The notes beneath the pieces were generated by a model. It had not been told where the DNA came from and did no database searches. It was given only the letters and a program-made list of their open reading frames with translations. From Nitrosopumilaceae archaeon (GTDB taxonomy: Archaea > Thermoproteota > Nitrososphaeria > Nitrososphaerales > Nitrosopumilaceae), in assembly GCA_965203465.1 (NCBI GenBank), contig CBDBCR010000002.1, positions 32,001-96,000 of the forward strand: a stretch of 64,000 nucleotides of DNA, in the 5' to 3' direction. Both the position numbers and the translations under genes were made by a program. Shown here piece after piece: positions 19,058 to 28,331 of the stretch; position 1 is the stretch's first letter; each line of letters starts with the position of its first letter.

Positions 19058-20469
19058 CCGGGCACCTCCGGGAACCGAGCGCGCAGCTCCAGGGCGCGCC
19101 CGGCGCGCAGCACGCCGGCGTCGTCGCCGCCCTTTCCAGATATCTGGATTCCGACGGGCAGCCCGCCGCAGACCGAATACGGCACCGAGACCGCCGGGGT
19201 TCCCGACAGGTTGGCCGTGACGGTGTTGGCGTCGAGCTTGAAGAGCGTGACCGGCTCGTCTATCTTTTCGCCTATCCTGAAAGGCGGCACGGGGACGGTC
19301 GGCGAGATCATGTAGTCGACGCGCCCGAACGCCTCCTCCACCTCCCTCTCGAGGCGGTGCTTTACCTTGAGCGCCTTGAGAAAGTACTTTCCGGCGTGGC
19401 CGGCCGACGGGACGAAGCCCCCGAGTATCATCCTGCGCGTGACCTCGGGGCCGAACCGCGCGCGCGCCCTCGAGACGTACGCGTTGAACTCGTATCCTTC
19501 CAGCGGCATCTCGTAGCCGTACCTGACGTTGTCGAACCTTGCCAAGTTGCTGCCCGCCTCGGTCGAGGTGATCACGTAATAGGCCGCCACCGAATACTCT
19601 ATCATGGACAGCGATATCTCGGCGAATTCGGCGCCGGCAGCTTCCAGATCCGAGACGGCGGATCCCAGCGCGCGCGCGACGCAGGGGTCGGCGCCGCCCA
19701 TCTCCTTTACGACGCCGAACTTCTTGCCCTCCACGCCGTCCTCTACGCCCTCCAGGGTAGCCGGCGCGGCGCGCGAGGTGGGATCGCGCGGATCGGCCCC
19801 GGATATGGCGTCGAATACCCAGGCGGCGTCCCTGACGGTGCGCGCCATGGGGCCTATCTGCTCTATGCTGTTGGCGTACGGGACTAGGCCGTACCTGCTG
19901 ACGGCCCCGTAGGTGGGCTTGAAGCCGACCACGCCGCAAAAGCTGGCTGGATTCCGGACCGAGCCTCCCGTGTCCGAGCCGAGCGAGGCGCAGCACTGTA
20001 GCGCGGCAAGCGCCGCGGCGGCCCCGCCCGAGGAGCCGCCCGGGACGTATTCGAGGTTCCAAGGGTTGAGCGTGGGCCCGTAGGCGCTGAACTCGGTGGT
20101 GATGCCCATGGCGAACTCGTCCATGTTGGTCTTGCCCACCACAACCGCGTCCTGCGCCTCGAGGCGCTCGACCGCGGTCGCGGCTAACGGTGAGACGTAC
20201 CCCTCTAGCATCTTGGAGGCGCACGTGGTGGGCATGTTTGAGGTGCATATGTTGTCCTTTACCGAGACGGGCATGCCGCAGAACTGCCCCTTTCTTTCCT
20301 TTTTGTCGACGGCGCGCGCGCGCTCGACGGCCGACTCGTCTATGTGAAGGTACGCGTGTATCCTGCTGGAGCGCGCGCGCTCGACGGTGGCGGCCACGAA
20401 CTCTTCTGCCGATATCGAGCCGTCGGCCACGCCGGCGGCGTACTGCTCGGCCGAGACGCGCAGGTCCAT
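19054..20469 (-). CDS. gatA: Asp/Glu-tRNA amidotransferase subunit A
   Basis: GKTNMDEFAMG, PGGSSGG, GSDTGGSVR. Confidence 0.97.
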   Translation of the reverse strand: MDLRVSAEQYAAGVADGSISAEEFVAATVERARSSRIHAYLHIDESAVERARAVDKKERKGQFCGMPVSVKDNICTSNMPTTCASKMLEGYVSPLAATAVERLEAQDAVVVGKTNMDEFAMGITTEFSAYGPTLNPWNLEYVPGGSSGGAAAALAALQCCASLGSDTGGSVRNPASFCGVVGFKPTYGAVSRYGLVPYANSIEQIGPMARTVRDAAWVFDAISGADPRDPTSRAAPATLEGVEDGVEGKKFGVVKEMGGADPCVARALGSAVSDLEAAGAEFAEISLSMIEYSVAAYYVITSTEAGSNLARFDNVRYGYEMPLEGYEFNAYVSRARARFGPEVTRRMILGGFVPSAGHAGKYFLKALKVKHRLEREVEEAFGRVDYMISPTVPVPPFRIGEKIDEPVTLFKLDANTVTANLSGTPAVSVPYSVCGGLPVGIQISGKGGDDAGVLRAGRALELRARFPEVPG

Positions 20470-20470
20470 C

Positions 20471-20731
20471 TCAGATCTTGGGGGCCCTTACGTACCCGTC
20501 CCTGGCGTGGTGGAGCGCGACCGAAACGCCGGACTGGCGCGCCTCGTCCGGGCGCAGCTCTTCGAGGCCTATCTGGGGGGGACGGATCTCGTCTGATTCC
20601 ACGTCGGCCCTGTCGAGTATGTCAAAGTATTCGAGCATCTCCTTGACGCGCCCCGCGTGGACCGAGGCGTCGGGCACGTGGATCTTCATCAGCCTGGCGG
20701 CCGAGGCCACGTCGACGGCCGAGACAACCAT
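20471..20731 (-). CDS. gatC: Asp/Glu-tRNA amidotransferase subunit C
   Basis: Position before gatA; LRPDE, GYVRAPKI. Confidence 0.88.
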   Translation of the reverse strand: MVVSAVDVASAARLMKIHVPDASVHAGRVKEMLEYFDILDRADVESDEIRPPQIGLEELRPDEARQSGVSVALHHARDGYVRAPKI

Positions 20732-20780
20732 GGGCCCCGGCCCACTGCTGAATATATTTACCCTTGGCAGCGCGCGCGCC

Positions 20781-21521
20781 GTGGAACTGCTGTGGCTCGT
20801 GGGGCTCGGCGCCGCCGCCGGCGCGGTCGGCTCGGTGACCGGCCTCGGAGGGGGCATCGTGATGGTGCCGGCGCTGACCGCCGCCGGCGTGCCGCCGGTC
20901 GCGGCCGTGTCCAACAGCCTGTTCGCGGTGCTGGCAAGCGCGGCCGGCTCTAGCGCCGCGTACTGGAGGCAGCGCCGCGCAGAGTACGCCGCCGGCGTCC
21001 GCCTCGGCCTTGTCAGCGCGCCGGGGACCGTGGCCGGCGCTGTCGCCTCCTCCGAGGCCGCGCCGGCCGAGTTCAGGGTTCTGTTTGCCGCGCTGCTGGT
21101 CGCCTCGGGGGCGTACGTGCTGCTGCGACACCGCCTGAGGCCCTCGCGCGCCTCCGGCGCGCGCGCCGTCGCGGGCACCGCCGCTGCCAGCTTTGCCGCC
21201 GGCGCCGTCTCTGCGTTTTTCGGCGTCGGCGGCGGCGTGGTCTTCGTGCCGCTCCTGGTCGTGGCACTCGGCATGGATCTGCGGCGGGCCGCGCCCACCT
21301 CGCAGGTGATACTACTCTTTGCGGCCTCGTCGGGGGCAGCTGCCCACTACGCCATGGGTCACCCCGATGTCGTGGCGGCCGCGTACCTGTCGGCCGGGGC
21401 GCTGCTCGGGGGCTTTGCCGGCGCGGCGGCCTCGCGCGGGATAGGCGAGGGGCCGCTGCGCTGGGCGGTGGCCTGCTCTGTGTTCGCCGCTGCGGCCTCG
21501 ATGGCTTTTCTCAGGCCCTAG
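20781..21521 (+). CDS. TauE/SafE family membrane exporter
   Basis: GLGGG..MVP and GVGGG..FVP repeats, multiple TM segments. Confidence 0.88.
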   Translation: MELLWLVGLGAAAGAVGSVTGLGGGIVMVPALTAAGVPPVAAVSNSLFAVLASAAGSSAAYWRQRRAEYAAGVRLGLVSAPGTVAGAVASSEAAPAEFRVLFAALLVASGAYVLLRHRLRPSRASGARAVAGTAAASFAAGAVSAFFGVGGGVVFVPLLVVALGMDLRRAAPTSQVILLFAASSGAAAHYAMGHPDVVAAAYLSAGALLGGFAGAAASRGIGEGPLRWAVACSVFAAAASMAFLRP

Positions 21522-23232
21522 ACTCGTCGGGGCAAAAGACCACCTGCTGGGAGGATGCAGCCTGCGGCGAGAGCGCAAAGTCCAGCGCGCCGCAGGCGCC
21601 TGCCGGATCCGGCTCGGCGCCCGAGACCGAGCCGGGCAGCACCACGAAGAGCCGCGCGTCGGACTTTAGCACGTCGGACATCTCCTGGTTCACGGTCGCG
21701 GCCAGGGGGCGCAGGGCCCCGCGGAATACCTCGGCGTGGGCCCTCTTTGCGCCGCCCACCTTCCTGCCGGACGGAAGCGAGGGGCCCACTATGATCACGG
21801 GGCCGCCGGCCCCCCCGTACAGGCGCGGATCTGCCCCCCCGCCGGGCACCATGAACTCGAAGGACAGCCTAGCCACCGAGGCGGGCCTGTTTACGAACCT
21901 GTCCACCATGGCGTCCCACCGGCGGCGCCCCAATCCTACAAGCGATTCCACGTCGGGCACGTCGCCGGTCAGGTGAACCACCGCTGCGACCTTTCCCCTC
22001 TTGGAAGAGGCCGTCGAGAGCCAGCGCGGCACATCGTCGAGGGGCGTCCGGTGGCTGTGGAATCCGTCGAGGCCGTCGCCCGCTTCCGGGGAGATCAGCA
22101 CGACTTCGCCGCCGCCGCACTCTTGCACGTGGGAGGCGAGCTTGCCGGCCGCCGCGCGCGCCTCGGGCGCGTCCACTGTTATGACGACGGATCTGCCGGC
22201 AAGGTCGGGGCGGTGCGCGCCGGGGGGGCCGGCCCCCACGTGCGGCTTTACGGGGTAAAAGACCCTGTCGCCGGGTATGACCTTGCCGTTGAGCATCTGC
22301 GACATTTTTTCGCCGCACAGGTTCAGGACCATCTCGGCCACCTGGTCCTGCGAGAGAAACTGCCTGTCTGCTATCATGTGCGAGGTGTTCGCCTGTATCT
22401 TTTCGGCTATGGACGATATCTTTTCGAGCATGCGCGAGAGGGCTTTGGCGCCGATGCCGGTGTTTTGCGCGGCGGAGCCGAGGCCCTCCGAGACCGCCTC
22501 CTCGTCCTCGCCCAGCAGGGGCAGTATCAGTGGGCAGGCTTCGGCCACGCGGGACGGCTCAAGTTCCTCAAAGCCGCCCACGCGCAGAAACTCGGCGGCC
22601 GCTTTCGGATAAACCGTCTTGTATATGCGATCCGAGTGGACGGGGCCGGGGTTGGTCGCTATCGAGGCGATGCCGCGGCCGGCAAGGTCCCACGAGAGCG
22701 CCTCTGCTAGGCGGTTCTTTGCGCCTTGGGCTGCGGTGTACGGCGAGCGGAACCTGTAGGGGCGCTGCTCGAGGGGCCGCTCCTCGGTGAAAAAGGTGGA
22801 TATCGTTATTATCTTGCCGCCTTTTGCCATGGCGGACAGGCCGCGCGCCGATACCCAGAACGTGCCTGTCAGGTGTATGGACACGGCGCTCTCGAATTCC
22901 TCGCGGCTGCCGCCGGCAAAGCACCTGACCGGCCCCGAGACGCCGGCGTTGTTTACAATGTAGTCTATTTTGCGCTCTTTTTCCAGCTCTGCGAACATCG
23001 CGTTGACCGCGCCCTCGTCGCTCACGTCGGTGCCGTCGAATATGCGGACCGAGGCGCCCGAGCCGGCGTCCTTGATTATGCTTTCCAGCTCGGAGGCGGC
23101 CTCTTCGAGCGGCCCGCGCCGCCTGCCCATTATGACCAGGCTTGCGCCCTCGGCGGCGAACCTCTTGGCGATGGCAAGGCCTATGCCGGTGCCGCTGCCC
23201 GTGATCAGGGCCGTCTTGGATTCGAACCGCAA
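21511..23232 (-). CDS. Two-domain SDR oxidoreductase resembling malonyl-CoA reductase modules
   Basis: TGSGTGIG, NNAGVSG, YRFRSPY, NPGPVHSDRI; degenerate second SDR domain. Confidence 0.8.
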   Translation of the reverse strand: MRFESKTALITGSGTGIGLAIAKRFAAEGASLVIMGRRRGPLEEAASELESIIKDAGSGASVRIFDGTDVSDEGAVNAMFAELEKERKIDYIVNNAGVSGPVRCFAGGSREEFESAVSIHLTGTFWVSARGLSAMAKGGKIITISTFFTEERPLEQRPYRFRSPYTAAQGAKNRLAEALSWDLAGRGIASIATNPGPVHSDRIYKTVYPKAAAEFLRVGGFEELEPSRVAEACPLILPLLGEDEEAVSEGLGSAAQNTGIGAKALSRMLEKISSIAEKIQANTSHMIADRQFLSQDQVAEMVLNLCGEKMSQMLNGKVIPGDRVFYPVKPHVGAGPPGAHRPDLAGRSVVITVDAPEARAAAGKLASHVQECGGGEVVLISPEAGDGLDGFHSHRTPLDDVPRWLSTASSKRGKVAAVVHLTGDVPDVESLVGLGRRRWDAMVDRFVNRPASVARLSFEFMVPGGGADPRLYGGAGGPVIIVGPSLPSGRKVGGAKRAHAEVFRGALRPLAATVNQEMSDVLKSDARLFVVLPGSVSGAEPDPAGACGALDFALSPQAASSQQVVFCPDESRA

Positions 23233-23259
23233 CCTGAGCGCGCCGCGCGGCGGCCGTAT

Positions 23260-23808
23260 TTATCTATACACGCGCTCGTCGGTGACCACCGCGTCCATGC
23301 GGGCGTCGTGGGGCTCGCGCGGCACCGACTTTACCACCTGCTGCTGGGCGCAGACGGCTATGCTGAACGCGCCGCTGCCTTCGAGGTGCCTGTCGTAAAA
23401 GCCGCGCCCGTACCCCAGCCTGTACAGATCCGGCGAGGCGCAGACTGCCGGGACTAGGACGGCGCCGGGCTCGGCCGGCGGGCAGGTTTCCTTGGGCTCC
23501 ATGGTGCCGAGCCTGCCGCGCTCTAGGTCAGCAAAGCCGGCTATGGCCCTGAAATCCAGGGCGTCGCCGTCGATGCGCGGCAGGCAGACGCGCGCGCCCG
23601 CCGCAAGGGCGTCCTGTATCATCTTCTGGGTGCGGACTTCGCTGCCTATTGGATAGTACGCGCCCAGCGTCGGGGCGCCGGCAAACTCGGGGACGCGGCG
23701 CAGGGCGCTCCGTATCCGCTCTGAGCATATCCGTACCATGTCGTCCGAGAGCGCGTCGCGCCTCTCCAGCATGGTCTTGCGGAGGGCCGCCTTGCGCTCA
23801 TCGGCCAA
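23260..23808 (-). CDS. 5-formyltetrahydrofolate cyclo-ligase
   Basis: RLGYGRGFYDR, HDARMD.VVT. Confidence 0.92.
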   Translation of the reverse strand: MADERKAALRKTMLERRDALSDDMVRICSERIRSALRRVPEFAGAPTLGAYYPIGSEVRTQKMIQDALAAGARVCLPRIDGDALDFRAIAGFADLERGRLGTMEPKETCPPAEPGAVLVPAVCASPDLYRLGYGRGFYDRHLEGSGAFSIAVCAQQQVVKSVPREPHDARMDAVVTDERVYR

Positions 23809-24655
23809 GGCGGCTCAGCGAGGCGGCGGTCACCGTGTTCTTCAGCAGCATGGCGACTGTCATGGGCCCGACGCCGCCGGGCACCGGGGTGACAAGCGAC
23901 GCATTTTGGGCGACCGAATCGTAGTCGGCGTCCCCGCACAGCCCGCCGTCCAGGCGCGATATGGCCACGTCGATGACGGCCGCGCCCTTCTTTACCATAT
24001 CGCCGGTCAGCGTGAACTTTTCCCTGTTGCCCACGGCGCTCACCAGCACGTCGGCCCTCCTGCAGATCTCCTCCAGGTTCACAGTCTTTGAGTGGCAGAG
24101 CGTGACCGTGGCGTCCTGCGCGAGCATCAGGTGGGCCAGCGGTATGCCGACCAGCCTGCTGCGGTTTATTATCACAACGTCGCTGCCGCGCAGTTTTACG
24201 CCGTGGTGCCCGAGTATCTCCATTACCCCGAGGGGCGTGCAGGGGATCAGCGGCGCCCTGCCCGAGGCGAGCAGGCCGGCGTTGTGCGGGGTCAGCCCGT
24301 CTACGTCCTTTAGCGGGGAGACTGCCGCCGCGGCCCTGTCCCCGTCGAGGCCGGCGGGCAGCGGCATCTGCACCAGTATTCCGTGGACCGACGGATCCTG
24401 GTTTAGCTCAGACACCAGTTGGTCTATGCGGGACTGCGGTGTGCCAGCCTCAAGGCGGTGGTCGCGCGTGTCTATCCCGGCCTCTGCGCACGCCCTGTGC
24501 TTGTTGCGCACGTACGTGGCCGAGGCCCCGTCGTCCCCGACAAGGACGGTGGCAAGGCAGGGCAACGTCCCCTGCGACTTTAGCTCGGCCACGGCGGCCG
24601 AGACCGTCTGGCGCACCGAGGCCGCGATGGCCTTGCCGTCCACTCTTGTCGCCAA
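23798..24655 (-). CDS. folD: Methylene-THF dehydrogenase/cyclohydrolase
   Basis: YVRNK, KDVDG, PCTP, TPVPGGVGPMT. Confidence 0.97.
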   Translation of the reverse strand: MATRVDGKAIAASVRQTVSAAVAELKSQGTLPCLATVLVGDDGASATYVRNKHRACAEAGIDTRDHRLEAGTPQSRIDQLVSELNQDPSVHGILVQMPLPAGLDGDRAAAAVSPLKDVDGLTPHNAGLLASGRAPLIPCTPLGVMEILGHHGVKLRGSDVVIINRSRLVGIPLAHLMLAQDATVTLCHSKTVNLEEICRRADVLVSAVGNREKFTLTGDMVKKGAAVIDVAISRLDGGLCGDADYDSVAQNASLVTPVPGGVGPMTVAMLLKNTVTAASLSRLGR

Positions 24656-24810
24656 CGGCCGGCGGCGGCCGCTTCTGCATATTTAACCGTGCGCGCGAGG
24701 CGACGCCAATCTGAACCCGCACCATCGGTCGGAGGGTGGTTGCCAAGAGCCCATGCTTGATTCTGTCACTGATACCAGTTTTGTCTTATGACAAACTAGT
24801 TATATGGCGG

Positions 24811-25515
24811 ATGTGGTATCAGCTCCATGTCATAATCGACCCGCCAGTCTCGGGCAAAGATCTGATCGGCAGGGAGCGTGACATGGAGAACCTGTGGGAT
24901 GAGGCAGAGAACGGGAGCGTCCTGTTGATCTCGCCTAGGTGCTTTGGCAAGACTATAACACCACGCCAAAACAATTTCCCTCTTGTACTTCGGGCGTAGG
25001 CTAGGGTGGAGGGAAATACATCTGAGTGGTGTTATAGCATGGTAACGGAGATGCAAAAGCGCCCCCGGGTCGGATATCGGGTGCTGTACGTGGACGTAGA
25101 GTACATGACCCGCCCGGACGATTTTGTGGTCGCGGTCATGGAAAAGGTCGGTATGATCGAATCCAGAATCCAGAAGTTGATTTCGTCATTTGCAAGTACA
25201 GTAAAAGGGTTCGAGGTTGCAGGCGCCAAACTTCAACTGCGCGAGCATGTCCGCAAAGACTGGAAACGCTAGGGCGACGAGATCTTTCAGAGCTTGTCGG
25301 AAGACGGCACGGACAAGCCGGTACTGGTGATTGACGAGTTGCCCACCATGATACTCCGCATGACGGACGACGTAAAAATGGCGCGCACGTTCCTGTATTG
25401 GTTCAGGCACGTGCGCAATTCCTACGGGATCAGGATGGCGGTCTGCGGATCGATAGGAATCGATGCAGTTGTAAGAAAGTGTAAAATCACAGAGTCGATA
25501 AACGATCTCAGGTGA
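24811..25515 (+). pseudogene. Truncated AAA/P-loop ATPase pseudogene
   Basis: DLIGRERD, SPRCFGKT[insertion]SM, in-frame TAG 25270-25272, LVIDELP, CGSIG; ends early; lower GC than flanks. Confidence 0.85.
24956..25034. mobile_element. 79-bp MITE with TA target duplication (IS630-like signature)
   Basis: Both ends TAACACCAC-N8/9-ATTTCCCTC inverted; TA at 24954-55 and 25035-36; excision restores GKTSM. Confidence 0.9.
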
Positions 25516-25748
25516 ATAAGGCGCTCCTTTATGTCGCCAAGAGCTGGGAACCAGAGTCGGAGGGCTACACATCCATACTACACGCTATAATCGAGTACAT
25601 AAAGACCGGCGACACGGATATCCTGGAGGCGCTTCACAAAGATGTTCGGGGTTTGGTGGTAGGCATAGCAGAGACAATCTTGAGAACACAAAAATTTCAA
25701 AACATCCCCCTATTCGAGGACAACTTGAAAGAGCGATTTTTGGACTGA
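25512..25748 (+). pseudogene. Probable C-terminal gene remnant
   Basis: 78-aa low-GC ORF abutting the ATPase truncation point. Confidence 0.45.
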
Positions 25749-26098
25749 TCAAGATGAATGGTGTGCGATTCAAAACAGTATCGATTTTGACTCTTCTGGC
25801 CGTGTGCGATTTCTCCTCGCCTGTCTGATACGTGGAGGGAGAGGCTAATTTTCAATATCATCTAGAATAGTTTAACTGTCTAGGCTTTATTCGACAATTC
25901 GTATTTTCGTGCCTACGTAGACGGATCGGCCAAAAAACGGCTCCGCTCAGACACGGATCGAAGAATTACCGAACAAAGCCACTGCCTAGGAACCGATCTT
26001 GCCGACCCGATCTGCCGTAGGCGGACAGGATCCGAAAACCGATCTCTGCTTCTAGAAAAGGCGCAAGCTTGTTAAACCGCCCGCCCCCGGCGCGCCCC

Positions 26099-26383
26099 GT
26101 GATAGTGGTGACTGGCCGGTTCCGGGCCTCCGCGGGATCCGAAGCGCAGCTCGAATCGGCGTTCGCAGAGTCGCAAAAGGCCCTAGGCTCCAGCGAGGGG
26201 CTGCTAGGCAGGCGCCTGTTGCGGGGGCAGGACGGCTCGTACATGGTCATAGTGGAACACCAGAGCCGCCAGACGCTCGAGGCCATGCGCAAGAGCCCCG
26301 AGCACATGCGCTGGCACGCGAAACTCACTTCGCTGATGGACGGCCCGCCGCGGCTCTCAGAGTTCGAGCCGGTAGTACAGTGA
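26099..26383 (+). CDS. Antibiotic biosynthesis monooxygenase (ABM) domain protein
   Basis: ~94 aa, EGLLGRRLLR, MRKSPEH pattern. Confidence 0.8.
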   Translation: MIVVTGRFRASAGSEAQLESAFAESQKALGSSEGLLGRRLLRGQDGSYMVIVEHQSRQTLEAMRKSPEHMRWHAKLTSLMDGPPRLSEFEPVVQ

Positions 26384-26984
26384 CGCGTCCGCCGCGCACG
26401 CGCACGCGCCCGTCGGCGAACAGCCCGACCGCCTCTGGGTATATGCGGTGCTCTGCGCGCAGTATCCTGGCGGATAGCGAATCGGGCGTGTCGCCATGCT
26501 TGACGGGCACCGCCGCCTGCGATATTATGGGGCCCGTGTCGGTGCCCTCGTCTACGAGGTGGACAGTGCAGCCACTCACCCGCGCGCCTCCCTCCAGCGC
26601 CTGCCTCTGCGCCCCGAGGCCCGGAAACGCGGGGAGCAGAGACGGGTGCACGTTGAGCACGCGGTTGCGGTACCTTGCCACGAAGCGCGGCCCGAGCACC
26701 CTCATGAAACCTGCAAGGCAGACCAGGCCTGAGCGCGGCGTCACGCCAAACGAGGACAGCTCTTCTGATACCAGCCGGTCGTACCGCTCGCGCGTGCCCG
26801 CAAAGCCCTTGGAGGGGACCACCCGAACCGGCACGCCCATCTTCTCGGCGCGCGCTAGGCCGGCGGCCTCCGGCCTGTTGGATATGACTACGGCCGGCTC
26901 GGCGCGTATCCTGCCTTTTCTGACGGCCCGCAGTATGGCCGACATGTTGCTGCCCCTCCCAGAGATCAGTATTCCGAGGCGCAA
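26325..26984 (-). CDS. purN: Phosphoribosylglycinamide formyltransferase
   Basis: ISGRGSNM, LAGFMRVL, NVHPSLLP, GCTVH..DEGTDTGPII. Confidence 0.96.
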   Translation of the reverse strand: MRLGILISGRGSNMSAILRAVRKGRIRAEPAVVISNRPEAAGLARAEKMGVPVRVVPSKGFAGTRERYDRLVSEELSSFGVTPRSGLVCLAGFMRVLGPRFVARYRNRVLNVHPSLLPAFPGLGAQRQALEGGARVSGCTVHLVDEGTDTGPIISQAAVPVKHGDTPDSLSARILRAEHRIYPEAVGLFADGRVRVRGGRVTVLPARTLRAAAGRPSAK

Positions 26985-27057
26985 CGGCCGGCCCCGGACG
27001 GCGCCGGTAAAATAACCTACCCGTTTATATCGTGCCGCCCGGGGGCCTCGGCCGTTC

Positions 27058-28032
27058 TTGGTGTTCGAAGCATCGCCGCTGGGCATCGCGTGCAGGAGCG
27101 GCGATCTGGAAATACTGCTCGATCCGGCCTCCTCGGGCGTGGGCTACAACTTCGTCTCGCACGCGCACGCGGACCACCTGCCACGCGGGGCGCGCGGCAT
27201 GACGGTGTGCTCCGAGCAGACCGAAAAACTGGCGGCCGCGCGCGGCCGCTCGCTGGGGCCGCGGTGCGACATGCCGGAGGCCTCGCTGCACGACGCCGGC
27301 CACGTGCTCGGATCGCGGGGGCTGCTGCTGGACGGCGACTTTTACACCGGCGACATATGCACGCGCGACCGCGGGTTCCTGCGCGGCGCGCGCGTCCCGC
27401 GGTGCCGCACCCTCTTGACCGAGTGCACGTTCGGCCTGCCCGAGTTCGTCTTCCCGCCGGTGGCCCAGACGCGCAAGCTGGTCGACGAGCTGATATCTCG
27501 CATGTACTCGCGCGGCGCGCCCGTGGTCCTCATGGGCTACCAGCTGGGCAAGTCGCAGACGCTGGCAGACCTGTTCGGCCACTGGGATCCGATGTACCTC
27601 CACGATTCGGTGCTCGAGATGCACGAGCTGCACCGCAGGCTGGGCGCGCCGCTCAGGGAGCGTATAGGGTACTCTGAGGCGCGGGCCCGGGGCCTGCTGC
27701 GCCGCCGGCCGTGGGTGATGGTCTCGCCGGTGCTCGGCGAGCAGGATCCGTTCGTGCGCTCCATGAGGTCGTACGGCGCCGTCACCGTCGGGTTCAGCGG
27801 CTGGTACAGCTCGGGGCGGTTCGGCGTCGGGCGCAGGTGCGACTATTCGTTCCCCCTCAGCGACCACTGCGATTTTCCGGATCTGGTCAGGATGGTGGTG
27901 CGCTCGGGCGCGCAGAAAGTGCGCACCGTCCACGGCTTCGTCGATGAGTTCGCCGCCCACCTGCGCTCGCAGGGCATAGACGCTTCGCCTATGTCCGTGC
28001 CGGCAAGAACGCGGCGCACCCGCACCCGCTGA
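27058..28032 (+). CDS. Metallo-beta-lactamase/beta-CASP exonuclease
   Basis: SHAHADH, AGHVLGS, TGD, ECTFG, LSDHCD, VHG. Confidence 0.9.
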   Translation: MVFEASPLGIACRSGDLEILLDPASSGVGYNFVSHAHADHLPRGARGMTVCSEQTEKLAAARGRSLGPRCDMPEASLHDAGHVLGSRGLLLDGDFYTGDICTRDRGFLRGARVPRCRTLLTECTFGLPEFVFPPVAQTRKLVDELISRMYSRGAPVVLMGYQLGKSQTLADLFGHWDPMYLHDSVLEMHELHRRLGAPLRERIGYSEARARGLLRRRPWVMVSPVLGEQDPFVRSMRSYGAVTVGFSGWYSSGRFGVGRRCDYSFPLSDHCDFPDLVRMVVRSGAQKVRTVHGFVDEFAAHLRSQGIDASPMSVPARTRRTRTR

Positions 28033-28240
28033 CCGTGCAGGCCCCCGAGCCGCGGGCGTGCTCGTGATCCGGGTGCGCGCACCCCTCGCCCGAGCATGTC
28101 CTCCTCGAGATCTCTTTGCGTACTACGTTGCGCGCTATCCTGTTGGCGTCCTCCCTGCTGCGGTTCTTGCGCACCATGTAGTAGTGAGCTATCCTTCCGT
28201 AGAGCCGGTCTGGATCGAGCCGGCGCACCGCGGGCCACAT
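27989..28240 (-). CDS. Small protein with Cys/His-rich C-terminus
   Basis: CSGEGCAH...H...CTVSGCGC. Confidence 0.7.
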   Translation of the reverse strand: MWPAVRRLDPDRLYGRIAHYYMVRKNRSREDANRIARNVVRKEISRRTCSGEGCAHPDHEHARGSGACTVSGCGCAAFLPART

Positions 28241-28331
28241 GGAACACGTAGCGCGCCGCTCGTATAATAACGGTCCCGGGCGGCAACCGTAAGGATGTTA
28301 GGGTTATAACGCCTGCGCGCGTGCCGGAGGC

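Noticed and set aside
17690-20248. 852-aa GatB with long N-terminal extension
   Set aside because: The extension is an alternate frame of gatA; GatB starts at 19057
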